Source: Phoronis australis (taxonomy: Eukaryota > Animalia > Phoronida). Taken from it: 53,302 nt of DNA. Below the pieces are notes generated by a model, which was given only the letters and a program-made list of their open reading frames with translations, had not been told where the DNA came from and searched no databases. The DNA is taken from assembly GCA_002633005.1 (NCBI GenBank), contig NMRA01000460.1, positions 1 through 53,302 on the forward strand, written 5' to 3'. The translations under genes and the position numbers were made by a program. Positions 1 through 12,000 of the stretch are shown here, piece by piece (the stretch's first letter is position 1; each line of letters starts with the position of its first letter).

Positions 1-717
1 GGTGTGGATGTGTGGCCGCGGGCGTATATCATATAGGCCTATAGGGGCTCTATGTAAAATATTGTAATTGTAGACCAATGTTTAAGAACAGTGTACTTTG
101 AATGCAGACTGAAAATCGTTATCTTCCAGTGCATGCTGGGAACAGCACGCCGCATTCTTTACAACTATTTTCCCGATGAATACTATTCGCTCCTTTCTAA
201 TGCACGTCACTATGTAAGCTGCGTAAGTACTCAAGCCGTACCACTAATTTACCGGGAAGAGCAAGAAGCATAACTGGTTCTGATCTGAGCCCGAATGAAT
301 TCGGCGAAATTTGCGCCTCACTACGGTTGTTTTAAGGTAAAAGCCCCCTCGACGCTCGCAAATCTTTTGGCGAAGTTCTTTTGTGTTTTTTCAAAGGCTA
401 CGTTCTGTCACCTTTCCATCACCTTAACGTTATGTAGGAGCTTACTGACAAGTATGTGCGTTTAGCCAATTATAGAAAAAACTATAGATTTAAACTTAGT
501 AAAGTAAATGTTTTCTAAAAGTAGAAAGGCTGTAAATTTTGATTACTAATTTTATATCAATCTGCAATTAATTGGGTCACGTAAACCTAAGCAAAACGGT
601 ACTTTCAAAAACATATAGGTGTTCACGTTGCAATCTCAAAAACGCTGTTACAATTGAGCTACGGTCAGGTAACTGCTGATGCTTTATGTTCCAGCCTATA
701 TCGTGTAACCTGTTGCC

Positions 718-2543
718 TGAGCAACACAATGGGGCTACACGAGTTGTGCAGCACCATCGTTAAATAGACGGTGCTGATCTGAGTGGTCAACGCCCTGCAA
801 AGAATGCATTAAAATTTGAACGGTTGGAACGTGTTATGAAGACTATTTCACAACTTCACCTCATTTTAGAAAAAAATACACCACTAAAATTATACCGCTT
901 TACTGCTTCGGTTCTAAAAATAATATACCGCATCCGTTTAAAAAATACCGGAACCTGAAATGTTTTGGTATAAGATACTGAAAAAAGTACCGGGTTTTTT
1001 TATTTGGCTTAGACACTGAATTTCATGTATGTGAATAGTTTATTCGTATTCAGGGTTGTTGGAAGCGGGGAAAGACAAGAGAAGATCAAGTGAAGAGTGT
1101 AGAAGAGAGAACATTTAGAGAAAATAAAATGTGAGATTGTGTGAAAACAATAGCATTGGCCGCCATCGAAAGGAAGGTTTGACTAGAACTTGAAAATAAC
1201 TAGTTGCGAAGTGCACACGGACAACATTAATATCACGTGGTAGTTGGCCTTCGTTATAACACGTTTGATTGAACAGGAATTTGTAGCCGAATCGTCCACA
1301 TTTTATTAGTCTCCCCTCCTACGTAGAAGCGATCTGAGGTTTGGATCAGTCCTACGCGTAGTTGTTCGATGTTCATTGTGAGCCATGGAATATTCTCGAT
1401 GGTTTTATAGCGATGAAATATTCATGCTCTACTCCCTAAGAACTCCAATAATGGAATTCCTTTTGAAGATTGTTATTCGGGGAGCATTGTTGATGAAGAA
1501 AGAATTGTTAATAGGAGACATGCCGACTCCTGGGGGATATGATTTTTTAAGACCGTGTAGAGTGTATATACACTCAAAGTACTTGTACTGCGATCTTTGG
1601 ATTGCACGTTTAAATCGTAAAGCGAAACAGACTACCAATATAATAAACCGGAATTCCCGCTAACACGAATAAACAATCGAAATATCTTGGGGAGACCGCC
1701 CCCTCCCCTCCATTATGTTCATTCTCCCATGCTCTCCCGGTTGGCCGTCAAATAAGTTACTGATCTGTCCTCATACCTTTGGAAATTGTGTCCAAGTTCC
1801 AAACAATGATTTCAAAAAATCTTGCAACTTAAAAATGTTCAGTTAAACAAAAGACGCTCAGTGTCTGCCTTTAGATTTTTAACGTAAGAAATCGACGATG
1901 GTTCAGTGAACTTTGATGCACATTGAACTCAAGATAATCCCCATCACCCGAATTCCAAATAGAGACGTGTAGCCAATGATTTTCCCAGACTGAGATAATC
2001 CTCCTCTAAGTTGCCCCCNTTGCCCCCCCCCCCCCACTCCCCATCACCAGGGAAGCAGCCATCAGAAACTCGGATGGCTGTGATTTACAAGGAATCTTCT
2101 ACCACCCTTTAATGTTCTCTCTTCTACCTCTTCTACATACTTCGTTGTGTCTTGTCTTGTCCCGCCTTTTACCGCTTCCAACAAACAGCCTTGATATGAA
2201 TAAGATGTAAGTCGTTGATGTAGACAAAATTCCCCAGGCCAGTTAAAAAATCAACCGGTACTTTTGACATCGGTATCTTATACCAAAACATAACCGGTTC
2301 TGGTCCTTTTTTAGACGGATGCGGTGATGTGGTACATCGTTTTTTTTTAGAATTGAAGATGTCACGCGACATGTTTTAATTGTGTATCTTTTCTAAAATG
2401 AGACGAAGCGGTGATGTTAAGTTTAATGACAGGTTTCTCTATTCAAATTTCAGTGCATTCTTTGGGTGTTCTAAGAACGGTCAGATCAGCAGTCTATTTT
2501 ACGACTGTGTGCACAACTCAAGTTGCCCCCATTGTGTTGCACA
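718..2543. repeat. Long diverged inverted repeat pair (about 718-1120 vs 2105-2543)
   Basis: Shared blocks in opposite orientation: gcaacacaatgggg, caaagaatgca, ctcattttagaaaa, accgcatccgt, tgttttggtataagatac, ttgttggaagcgg, gtagaagagagaacatt. Confidence 0.85.
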
Positions 2544-2960
2544 ATGCGAGTGTACCAGGGACACCCGGGAATCGCACTCTCTCTAACCGTACCTTCAAAA
2601 CATGACTAATAATGTGACCTTTCTGCGAACTGGTCGTGATAAAGTAAATCTTCGACCTCTCGTGGCTGCCTTCTTGGGCCGGGTTTTTGCCCCCAAATCA
2701 CCCATGTCCCTATTTTTTCCCGAATGAAGTTCGGTGCACATATCTTTACGAGAAGTGGGTTTGTTTTAATGACTCTTGGAGTGCAAAAACAGTATTCTGA
2801 AAAAGGGGTGCTATTTAGACAGTAGGCCTGTGGGTCTCAATAGGCTAGGGTAATTACATGTCGATTTACTTTGAAATTGCAATGACGTGTCGCAGGACGA
2901 GTGAGTCTAATCATTTGAAGTTTGACGGTGAAAGCCGCCTTCCGTCGAAGAAACTTTTTT

Positions 2961-3180
2961 TTTTGATTTAGACCACTTACCGCGGTAAAAATGAAAAGTG
3001 ATTTTCAGGCTTGCAAAGAAATGACACTTCGTTATTGTGTGAGACTATGCTCGGCGAATAATATGACACGTCATGGCAAGTGAACTGGTGAAGCTTGGTC
3101 TCAGTAACTAGAAATGTCGATTATTTCCCAGCCCAGAAATCACGTCGACTTTGACTAAGGAACAAATTCTAAATCAAAAA
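2961..3180. mobile_element. Dispersed MITE-like family (ttttgatttagaccactt...tctaaatcaaaa)
   Basis: Terminal inverted motif; related copies at about 3848-4040, 12560-12790, 17659-17876, 19484-19660. Confidence 0.6.
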
Positions 3181-4044
3181 TTGTTTGTGAGATGGAAGGA
3201 GATTTGTGGTCACTTAAAAGGATACCAAAACCTGTTTTGGCCTAGTAACAGACATTGAAACTGACTTTCCCATACAGTTCTCTGAAAAAATATATTGCTT
3301 TGTAACCCTCGACCACCTTCACAAGTTAGGAGCAAAATTTGAAAACGGCTTTCAATATCTGCTAAACGGGAAAGCGTTACCTACGTTTTAGGCGAGTTCC
3401 ACGAGAACTGTGTGAAAGACCGCTCACCGGAACCATTGTGTCCAACCTGAGACATGGAGAGTATATGTTTTAATTGAATCCCGCTTTAATCACTCAGGTG
3501 GGACCCCAATGATGCATTAGCAGATGACGGAACGGCGACTGGTTGAAATCTCTAAAACAGGGTTTGTTATTACTTTAAAGTGGCGATAGGGGAAATGCGG
3601 AAATTTGTTACGAGCGGAGGCGGAAGTTATGGAACGCGCATTGGTGACACCAAAGTAAAAAGAGGATTTTTTTGCTATCTGGGCCCAAAGTGGAAGTGAT
3701 GGCGGCACATGGGGTAAGTTTGGCCAAAGTTGAATATCTCTCAGTCATCAATAATTTTTATTTTTACACGGAGCTGTTGCTTCCCACTCGACAATACTAC
3801 AACATTTTGCTATGAGTCCGAGGCCGTCTTAGAACGTGGTCTAATAATTTGGACCATTTACCGCTGTAACACTGGTCTCAACTTATTCCTTACGCAGAGG
3901 AGTGATTTCTGAGTTTGCAAATAACCGACATTTTATTATTCCTTTACACTATGCTCGGCCCATAAAATGACTCGTCATCGCAAGCCAACTTGTATAGCTT
4001 GATCTCAAGCAATAACGAATTGCCAGTTCTTTCAAAGCCACAAA

Positions 4045-4304
4045 CATGCACTCACCCAGAAGGACTCGGAGACTCGAACGACCACCCCNCCCCCATTTGG
4101 CGAAGTGGGCAAAACTGGACTCCACCCCAGAGAAACAAAAAATCCGAAAAAGTAAAAAGCTAAACAACAGTCAATTAAAAGGCAAGAACTACCAAAATTC
4201 GGCGAATGTACAATTCAATAACCCTGAACGTACCCCGTGAATCTTAACAAAAAGTCTACTTTCTCAAAAATTCGAACCTCCATTTTAGGCTGGGTGCGCA
4301 CATG
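4045..4304. mobile_element. hAT-like MITE (duplicated at about 5135-5392)
   Basis: Imperfect TIRs catgcactcacccag / ctgggtgcgcacatg; no clear TSD. Confidence 0.55.
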
Positions 4305-4559
4305 TTGAAATCGCCTTAAATGTGACTAAAATTAATTTCATAACGCTAAGGGGCCTGTAACAAAAGTTGGCTGTTATATAGAAGGCAGGAGTCCGTTTCA
4401 AGAAAACTGGCTTAGCTAAGACAAATCTTAAACTTTTTTCAAAAATGAACTTAAATCAATTTCTTGCAACGTGTCGCAGGTTTATAGCCTATTTACTATG
4501 ATTCATCGACGCATAAAGTGGAAAATGCAGTGACGTCAAATACATTCGCAGAGATGTGT

Positions 4560-4723
4560 CATAGGCGGATTTAGGGGGGGGGGAGGGGATAGATTTTCTG
4601 AACTGAAGGTGCACGTCCCAACCCCCGCAACTTTTGGGCCCCTATGCACATACAATCGTGCTTTGCCCCATTCCCCGAGGCAACATTTTGCCCCCCCGTT
4701 ATGGTATCCTAGATCAGCCACTG
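4560..4723. mobile_element. hAT-like MITE with 5-bp TSD (second copy 5648-5810 in the duplication)
   Basis: Imperfect TIRs cataggcggattta / tagatc(a/c)gccactg; flanked by TGTGT on both sides. Confidence 0.7.
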
Positions 4724-6195
4724 TGTGTAACCATCAGATCTCGGCTATCTCCTTAGGAACCCTAAACTGTGATAGTTTGACTATAGTAATTCACAAGTTA
4801 CACTTTATTGATCATTCGATTTTTCCGTGTCAAATATGATTAAGGTTTTGGCAAGACTAGATTATTTTTCATCAGATTAATTGATTTGAGTTGACAATGC
4901 CTTTCAGTGTATTAACAGATCCAATTTATTCAATCAGTCTACTGTGCTTCAGTGTCACTGAATGAATTTCTTGTATTGATATAGACTTATTTTCTCGCTT
5001 CATAGACACATATATTGTACAAATTTTCATTAGTTGTCAGTTTGAAGTAAAATGGCGACAGTGTTAGTTGTTTGTACACACGAACTACTTTTAGTTAGCC
5101 AAAACAAAATTATTCCACTTTCAAAGCCACGAACATGCATGCACCCAGGGGGGCTTGGGGGCTCGAAGGACCCCCCCCCCCATTTGGCGATATGGGTAAA
5201 AATGGACTCCACTCCAGAGAATCAAATAGTCCGAAAAAGTAGAAAACGAGACAACAGTCAACTTTAAGGCAGGAACTACCAAAATTCCGCGAATGTACAA
5301 TTCAATAGCTCTGCACGTACCCCGTGAATCTTAATAAAAGGTCTACATTCTCAAAACTTCGAGCCTCCATTTTTAAGCTGAGTGCGCCCATGTTGAAATC
5401 GCCTTTAATATGACTGAAATTAAATTCATAACGCTAAGGGGCCTATAACAAAACTTGGTTGTTAGATAGAAGGCAGGAGCCCGTTTCAAGAAAACTGACT
5501 TAACTAAGACAAATCTTAAACTTTTTCCAAAAATGAACTTGAATCAATTTCTTGCAACGTGTCGCACGTTTATAGCCCATTTACTATGATTCATCAAAGC
5601 ATAAATTGGAAAATGCAGTGACGTCAAATACATTCGCAGAGATGTGTCATAGGCGGATTTAGGGGGAGGAGGGGATAGATTTCTTGAACGGAAGGTGCAC
5701 GTCCCAACCCACGCAACTTTTGGGCCCCTGTGCACATACAATCGCGCTTTGCCCCATTCCCCGAGGCAATATTTTGGGCCCCCCGTTATGGTATCCTAGA
5801 TCCGCCACTGCGTGTAACCATCAGATCTCGGCTATCTCCTTAGGGAACCCTAAACTGTGATAGTTTGACTATAGTAATTTACAAGTTACACTTTATTGAT
5901 CATTCTATTTTCCCGTGTCAAATATGATTAAAGTTTTGGCAAGACTAGATTATTTTTCATCAGGTTAATTGATTTGAGTTGACAATGCCTTTCAATGTAT
6001 GAACAGATCCAATTTATTCAATAAGTCTACTGTGCTTCAGTGTCACTGAATGAATTTCGTGTATTGATATAGACTTATTTTCTCGCTTCTTAGGCACATA
6101 TATTGTACTAATTTTCATTTGTTGTCAGTTTGAAGTAAAATGGCCACACTGTTAGTTGTTTGTACACACGAACTACTTCAGTTAGACAAAAGAAA

Positions 6196-6201
6196 TTTAT
6201 T
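6196..6201 (-). promoter_or_regulatory. Candidate polyadenylation signal of the EH-like gene
   Basis: AATAAA on minus strand followed by U/GU-rich sequence (tttcttttgtc...gttcgtgtgtac). Confidence 0.5.
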
Positions 6202-6485
6202 CCACTTTATACAAATAACCGATTGCACTGTACATAATTTCATAAATGACAACCTTAGTTTTTACGTAACGTCCATCTTGAACTACAGGTAAACGCCATT
6301 TGACTAATTTCCGTGAAAAATATATGGTTCTAAATTTCCGTCCATCATCATCATTGCCGTCGCATAAAACGACCATCCGCTATTTGCTGACTCCAGGCAG
6401 GTCGAGTCACGAGAACTTTCTACTTTCCATCAAAGGGAGAAAGGGGTGTACCCCACAAACCATTTTCGTTTTGCGATATGTCTTT

Positions 6486-6737
6486 TCATACGAGATACTT
6501 GCAAAACTCTGGTCCGTCGTCAACTATATAAGCTTTCTGAAGATAGCATTCTTTGCAGCAGCCTCTCATGTCGTATCCTTTCCTTCCGAAAGCCTCGGCA
6601 CAACGTAAACAGCCGAACACACACGATGGCTTTGACAACTTGAAGTCACACACGCCAACGTTTTTACTTTCCACTCTCACGTCTAATGCAGTAGAGAGTA
6701 TCAGCAACAAAGCAGTGGACAATAGGAGAGTATTCAT
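6486..6737 (-). CDS. Small secreted Cys-rich peptide precursor, eclosion-hormone-like (83 aa)
   Basis: MNTLLLSTALLLILSTALDVRVES (signal-like) followed by KNVGVCDFKLSKPSCVFGCLRCAEAFGRKGYDMRGCCKECYLQKAYIVDDGPEFCKYLV*. The ATG is directly preceded by a strong acceptor (tctctctcttttacactttacag) and an AATAAA lies about 285 nt after the stop. Cys spacing C-x3-C-x2-C-x13-C-x3-C-x14-C parallels eclosion hormone. Family call is from pattern recognition only. Confidence 0.7.
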   Translation of the reverse strand: MNTLLLSTALLLILSTALDVRVESKNVGVCDFKLSKPSCVFGCLRCAEAFGRKGYDMRGCCKECYLQKAYIVDDGPEFCKYLV

Positions 6738-7436
6738 CTGTAAAGTGTAAAAGAGAGAGACATGAGCGGTGATATCATGGCGGATATAGCGAGCGCCAGA
6801 AATCCACCGGGCAACCAATCAGCGGTGTGTTGCATACCTAGTATTCCTCTTGTCAATTTGGGTCCCAAATAAACTACTGCGAATAACAAAATATTTTAAG
6901 AAAAGAATTAATATTTTACACCTGTGATGTACCCCCGTGAGTACAGTTTTGGAGACCTTGTGTGTATTTGACGCACCTTTGTTACATTTTCTTTATTTTT
7001 ATTACAAAGCATGAGAAATTTCCAAATGTTTCTGTCCACGAGCATAATGAGAAATCATCGCGTATGCGTCGCATCGAAAGATCACGTAGAACAGTGATTT
7101 TGTATTTTCCAGAAACTCAAAGCTGCCGTGTCGACTTGTTTAGATGGGTGAAAACAAAAATCGAATCAATCCCTTTAGTGCAACAACATACTTCATCGTG
7201 ATTGGATTCCGTTTCTATTACAAACAAGAACTTTGAAATCAGCAGAGTTTGTTGGGGTTAGTCAACCCTAAAGTTGCGAATTCGGAAATAGCGCATGTAA
7301 GCAATGCCTGTGATTTGAGTAGATAACGAAAGTAGAATGCTATCACGGTAAGGAACTTTCGGAGACTGATTTCATAAGAATGAAAGGCCTACTTAAGTTT
7401 TTGTTTTCAGCCTGCTAAACAGGGCAGAATGCAGGT

Positions 7437-7960
7437 TTAAGACTATACAGGAACCTAAAAATGAGTAGATTTGCCTCAGAAAATCATATTTTAATCTGAT
7501 AAATGGTTGATCAGAGGCAAATGAAACTTTCAGATACATTACTATGCTTTGTACACTGATCTCCAAAACAATTTTAGGATTTTTTTAAATGTTTCACTTT
7601 TGTATGAAGAGTTGTCAAAAATAGGAGTTTTATAATTTTCATAAAGAAAATTAAAAAGTTACAGAAAACTTAAAACGAAATGGTGAATTAGAAAACTAAC
7701 TTGCGTTTTTTTGATATTTGATCTTGAATAAAATTCGGTCATGTTATTGATATTGTTGTTTTGCTATCAATGTAACTATTCATGACAAATTTTACTAAAA
7801 GGACATGGTAACATAACTCAGTTAAAGTCAGTTTAGTAAAAAGTCCAAAGTCAAAATCTACAGACTTTTTAACGTTAGAAATAAATACATTAATGAGTTA
7901 AAATCTATACTTTTGTAGATATTTGGGTAAATACAACGATAAGGTCGTACATAACACTAA
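7437..7960. mobile_element. TTAA-bounded (Kolobok-like) non-autonomous element family
   Basis: Begins ttaagactatacagga, ends aggtcgtacataacactaa; right end is similar to 26570-26702 and to the reverse complement of 424-550. Confidence 0.55.
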
Positions 7961-8735
7961 TTGGGCTACCGATTGATACGGCAGCAGATATAACTACTGT
8001 GGCTGGTGTCAATTCATTAAATAAGGAGCATGCGAATATGTGAATATCACTGACGTAGCCAACCTCAACAGTGCCACAACAATTTCTTGTTTGCGCCAAA
8101 CAGTAACGAACAGGCGGAGACAAGCGCAAAATTGAAATGAGTTTCTACCGAGGGGACGGTCTTTTTGCAATGAACAGTGGGGCTATGGCCTCATAATCCC
8201 CATGGCTACACCAGTAACGAGTGTTTACTTGAAATTGAGGAAATTGTTATTCTTCAAGGCTTAGTTCCTTTCAGCTTTCAATAGAAATATACCATGGTGA
8301 TAGTTCTAAAACAATCTCCGTACTAAGTGTCGCGCATGGTTATTATGTCTACAGAGGTCTACTCTGACATTTAGCTGGAATTTGATCTAAAATCGAATAA
8401 CTAATTTGGTTTCTTGTTTCCGATTTTGTAGAGATTTCTTTTCGAATTAAAATCTAAATCTTAATCGAAGTTTATTTAAGGAACACCAGCATCGATCAAT
8501 TTTTCATGTTTTGCTTTATTTAAAAAATGTGAAAGAACCGTTTCCACATAGCTCAGCTTTTTGTATTTTTCTAAATTTCCTGCTGCTGGTCAGTAATTAC
8601 ATTTTATTCTTAATTTCCATCAACATTCTTAACTGAAATCCTTTCCAAATTCGGTTTTCAAACGTTTGTTCAAGGTAATATTAACATAGTTTGTAGCTCA
8701 CCCCTGGCAAACGTGCACTCGAGACTACTGCCCAA

Positions 8736-9009
8736 CAGTGGGGGTAGCTTGGGTGAAGGGCGGGGGATAAGCAGTCCGCCTGAGGCGGCATCCAGAAACA
8801 GGCGTGCACTGAAAAGGAACGGCAATTTCGAACCAGCCCAAGCTGTGAGCTAACGCACCGGGAGTATGCCCGGAGCAGGTGGCAGAAACGAGCTAGGGCG
8901 GCAAAAATGGCAACGACCTGGCGGGCGTGGCAGGGGGGCGGTACAAAAGGCCGAAGGCAGCACCAAAATGTTGATCATCGGGAGGGGATCGATGGCACCT
9001 ACGTCTCTG
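8736..9009. mobile_element. GC-rich hAT-like MITE remnant
   Basis: Termini cagtgggggtag / ctacgtctctg, internal ggcggca repeats; TSD degenerate. Confidence 0.45.
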
Positions 9010-12000
9010 CTGGCAATCCACTCGATTAGATATTATGACATAAGGAAGTGGTTTCAAGTTATGCTATATTTGGCCAACTCTAACTGAATTTGTTGAAGTG
9101 ATTCCACAGTTTTACTATTCATAAATTAAATGAAGATAACTCTGGATGCCTGTACACGGTAAAACAGACAAGTAGATCAAACTTAGCAGGTACCTCGACA
9201 CAAGAGCGGAACGTACTTAAAGTGTTCTCTAGTGTAGGCTAAACGACTTTGACAATGTGAAAAACACCAATGTTTTTAGATGGCAGCCTTGAACATCTAA
9301 TTCGAAAAACTAAAGCATTGACCTCCAAGGGAAAAAAACATACGAAGATTACTACCGAGCTACAAAATCGTCATAAATGCAAATTTTTGTATTCATGCAA
9401 GTACTTCAGTCTCAGCGATTGAAAAACAAGAGTACTCAAAAACAACGCCTTTGAAATTTTAGCCGCTTGGTAATTTCAGTTCCACTCAAATGATCATTAG
9501 TAGCGAGACCTACGCAAACAACGCCATCTAACGGTTCACGGTAACTTGATTACGCAAAGCAGAACTGTCCTGGACAGTTTTAAAAGTTTCCTTCAGTCTA
9601 AAAACTAACGTTAGTTTTATATTCTTGTCCTATTCTATGGAACCCCTGAAAATAAATAGGGTTATTTTGTCCCTTTTTAGATGAGAAATTATATGACACC
9701 AATATTCTCTACGGACGTCTTTTGTGCCCTTATCAATTTGGGTTTCGAGCGTACAGCACCTTAGCGAGAACGTATAAAAGAGTGGTAAGTTTTTATGAAC
9801 AAAATAAGAAAATAGGTGACGCATGACTTTGGAGACACAATGCAGGATTGAAATTCATTTGTAAATATCATCGATCGTGAGAATATGAGTAAGTCTACCA
9901 ACTCGTACGATTTTTGTTTTCAACAGATGTGACCATATCTCCAATACATGTTTATCTTCTGCAAGTATAATCTTCACAACCATGTTTTCGTTCCTAAGCC
10001 TAGACAGGCTAAAGAAAATATTGGCGAAATTGATGAAATTCTGGCATTGTATTTTCCTGCAGAGACGAAATTGTTAAAAGCAAAGAAGGATTTTAAAGCT
10101 CTGTCACGTTCATACAGAAGTATTAAAGATTAAAAAATACGCAGCAAAATTGTTTTAACCAATTGCAAGAAAAGAAGGAAAACTAAAACAAAATCTGAAA
10201 ATACCTTTTGTACACGAGTAATCTAAACCAAATGAGATGTCCTCTATATCCTTTCGGTTTCCAATGTTCTTCTGTGCGACACTTGCTACAGAACGGACCT
10301 TATATGCGTTCAATAAAGCCAATTAGTCGTTATATCCTACTACCTCTGACGTCACTATTGATGGCAGTAGTGCTGTGCATAATGAGCTCACTGAAAAGGG
10401 TTGGACTAAACAAAAGTTTGTTTACATGTAGAAATTATGGAAGGTGTTGCTCACTTAAAAACATACTTACGTCAGCGTGGGCGTTTTTGGGTCGTCATCC
10501 GACATTTGTATGACGTGATCAGATGATTGGCAATTAGAAGATAGAGCCCTGAACTTAAAGATAACTAAGAGAAACACCGGTCAAAATTCCACCATGCACC
10601 AAAGAGGGCGCTTTTGCTCACAAGTTTCAAATTTCATGAAGCTATTCACCTAGAGGAAAGTTGAATTCAACTTTTATTATTTATAACCTGGGGCTGAATT
10701 TCTGAGTAATGAAAACAAGATGTTCGACAACCAGAATAAAGCTAAATCATAAGCTGCAGTGCCTGAACGTGATGGCTATAGTCCTAGCAAATATCCTGTT
10801 GTTAAAGAACTACAAGTTGGGTCTCGCTATGCCGGTCCCTCTGGCTACCGGCGGGTATCTCGCTACGGGTATGATCCTACCTGGTATATCGCTATACAGG
10901 TTATATCCCTACAGTCCAACCGGGTATATCGCTGTATAACGCTGATATCTCGGGAAATATGTGTATCCAGCCAGTTGTGGATCAGACCTAACATTTTGCA
11001 CATGCAGGTAGACCTATATACATGTACTATTGTTTAAAATGATATGAATGTGGTTCCCAACTAACCTGTGTTCGTTATTCTTCAAAAAACGTTCTAAGCT
11101 ATGTAGCAGTTGGTCGGAAGTCCCGATAAAAACAGCGACAACAGACATCTAAAAGCCAATAATGCAGGATCTTCAACCTCAGGACCATAGTTAATAATAC
11201 TAAAATGTCTCAGTCTTTAAAGGACGTCAATTATGAAACTGGAGAACTGGGACTATAGAAGGGATTAGACGAAATACCGTACATAAATACAACGGTTTTA
11301 ATTTCTGTGACAAAATCAATAGATCTTGCTACTGCACCGACTACATTGTTCGTATACTTTACATGTATATCATAGGTGCTGTAGCAAAAACACACATCTG
11401 CTTAAACAGGAACTTTAATCGATATTGTCAGTACTGAGGTTTTTGCTGTTGTTGTTGATGTTGTTTACATGTATATACTAACTGCAGTCACTGGGACCAG
11501 CCTTATTCTGAGTTTGACATATGTTCTGAAAACGTTTTATTTTAAGTCGTTTGATTTTCAACGTTTTGCCATTAAACAAAAACACGCCAAAATAAAATGT
11601 CAATATGAATTCTGAAACTAATTCCGTTTGAATAAAAAAGTGAACTGAGAGTTAAAGGGACATTACCGGAGAGAAAAGTGATTTTCTGAGACCAATCTCA
11701 CCGCAGAATAGAAGATGCGACCCATTGAGACCGTAGTGTGACGCTTTGCTGGTGAAGATGAATCTCATTCGACAAATGGCAGCGTGTTACTAACGTATTT
11801 AACTGGTAAATTCCCCGACCTTGGTCTCTGCAAGAGTCTGACAGACCGTCAGCGGCGAGAATTGTCAATTTGCAATAAAATTACAAAAAACGACGGATTT
11901 TATTGTTTTACAGCTAAGGTCAAAGTTTACAGCTTTAAGAAGTCTATTATATCTAACAATTCAATACGAAAATGCATTTTTCGGACGTGAAACCGATAAT

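Larger units (their letters stand above)
4029..6208 (+). repeat. Tandem duplication, unit about 1089 bp (4029-5117 / 5118-6208)
   Basis: Colinear near-identical copies (roughly 90% by eye), cttt microhomology at all three junctions. Confidence 0.95.

Noticed and set aside
2019-4089. Ambiguous n bases at 2019 and 4089
   Set aside because: Both fall in poly-C runs; sequencing ambiguity, not biology.
6738-6818. N-terminal extension in ORF 6486-6818
   Set aside because: Non-ATG start, and the extension runs through a polypyrimidine tract/acceptor, so it is intronic.
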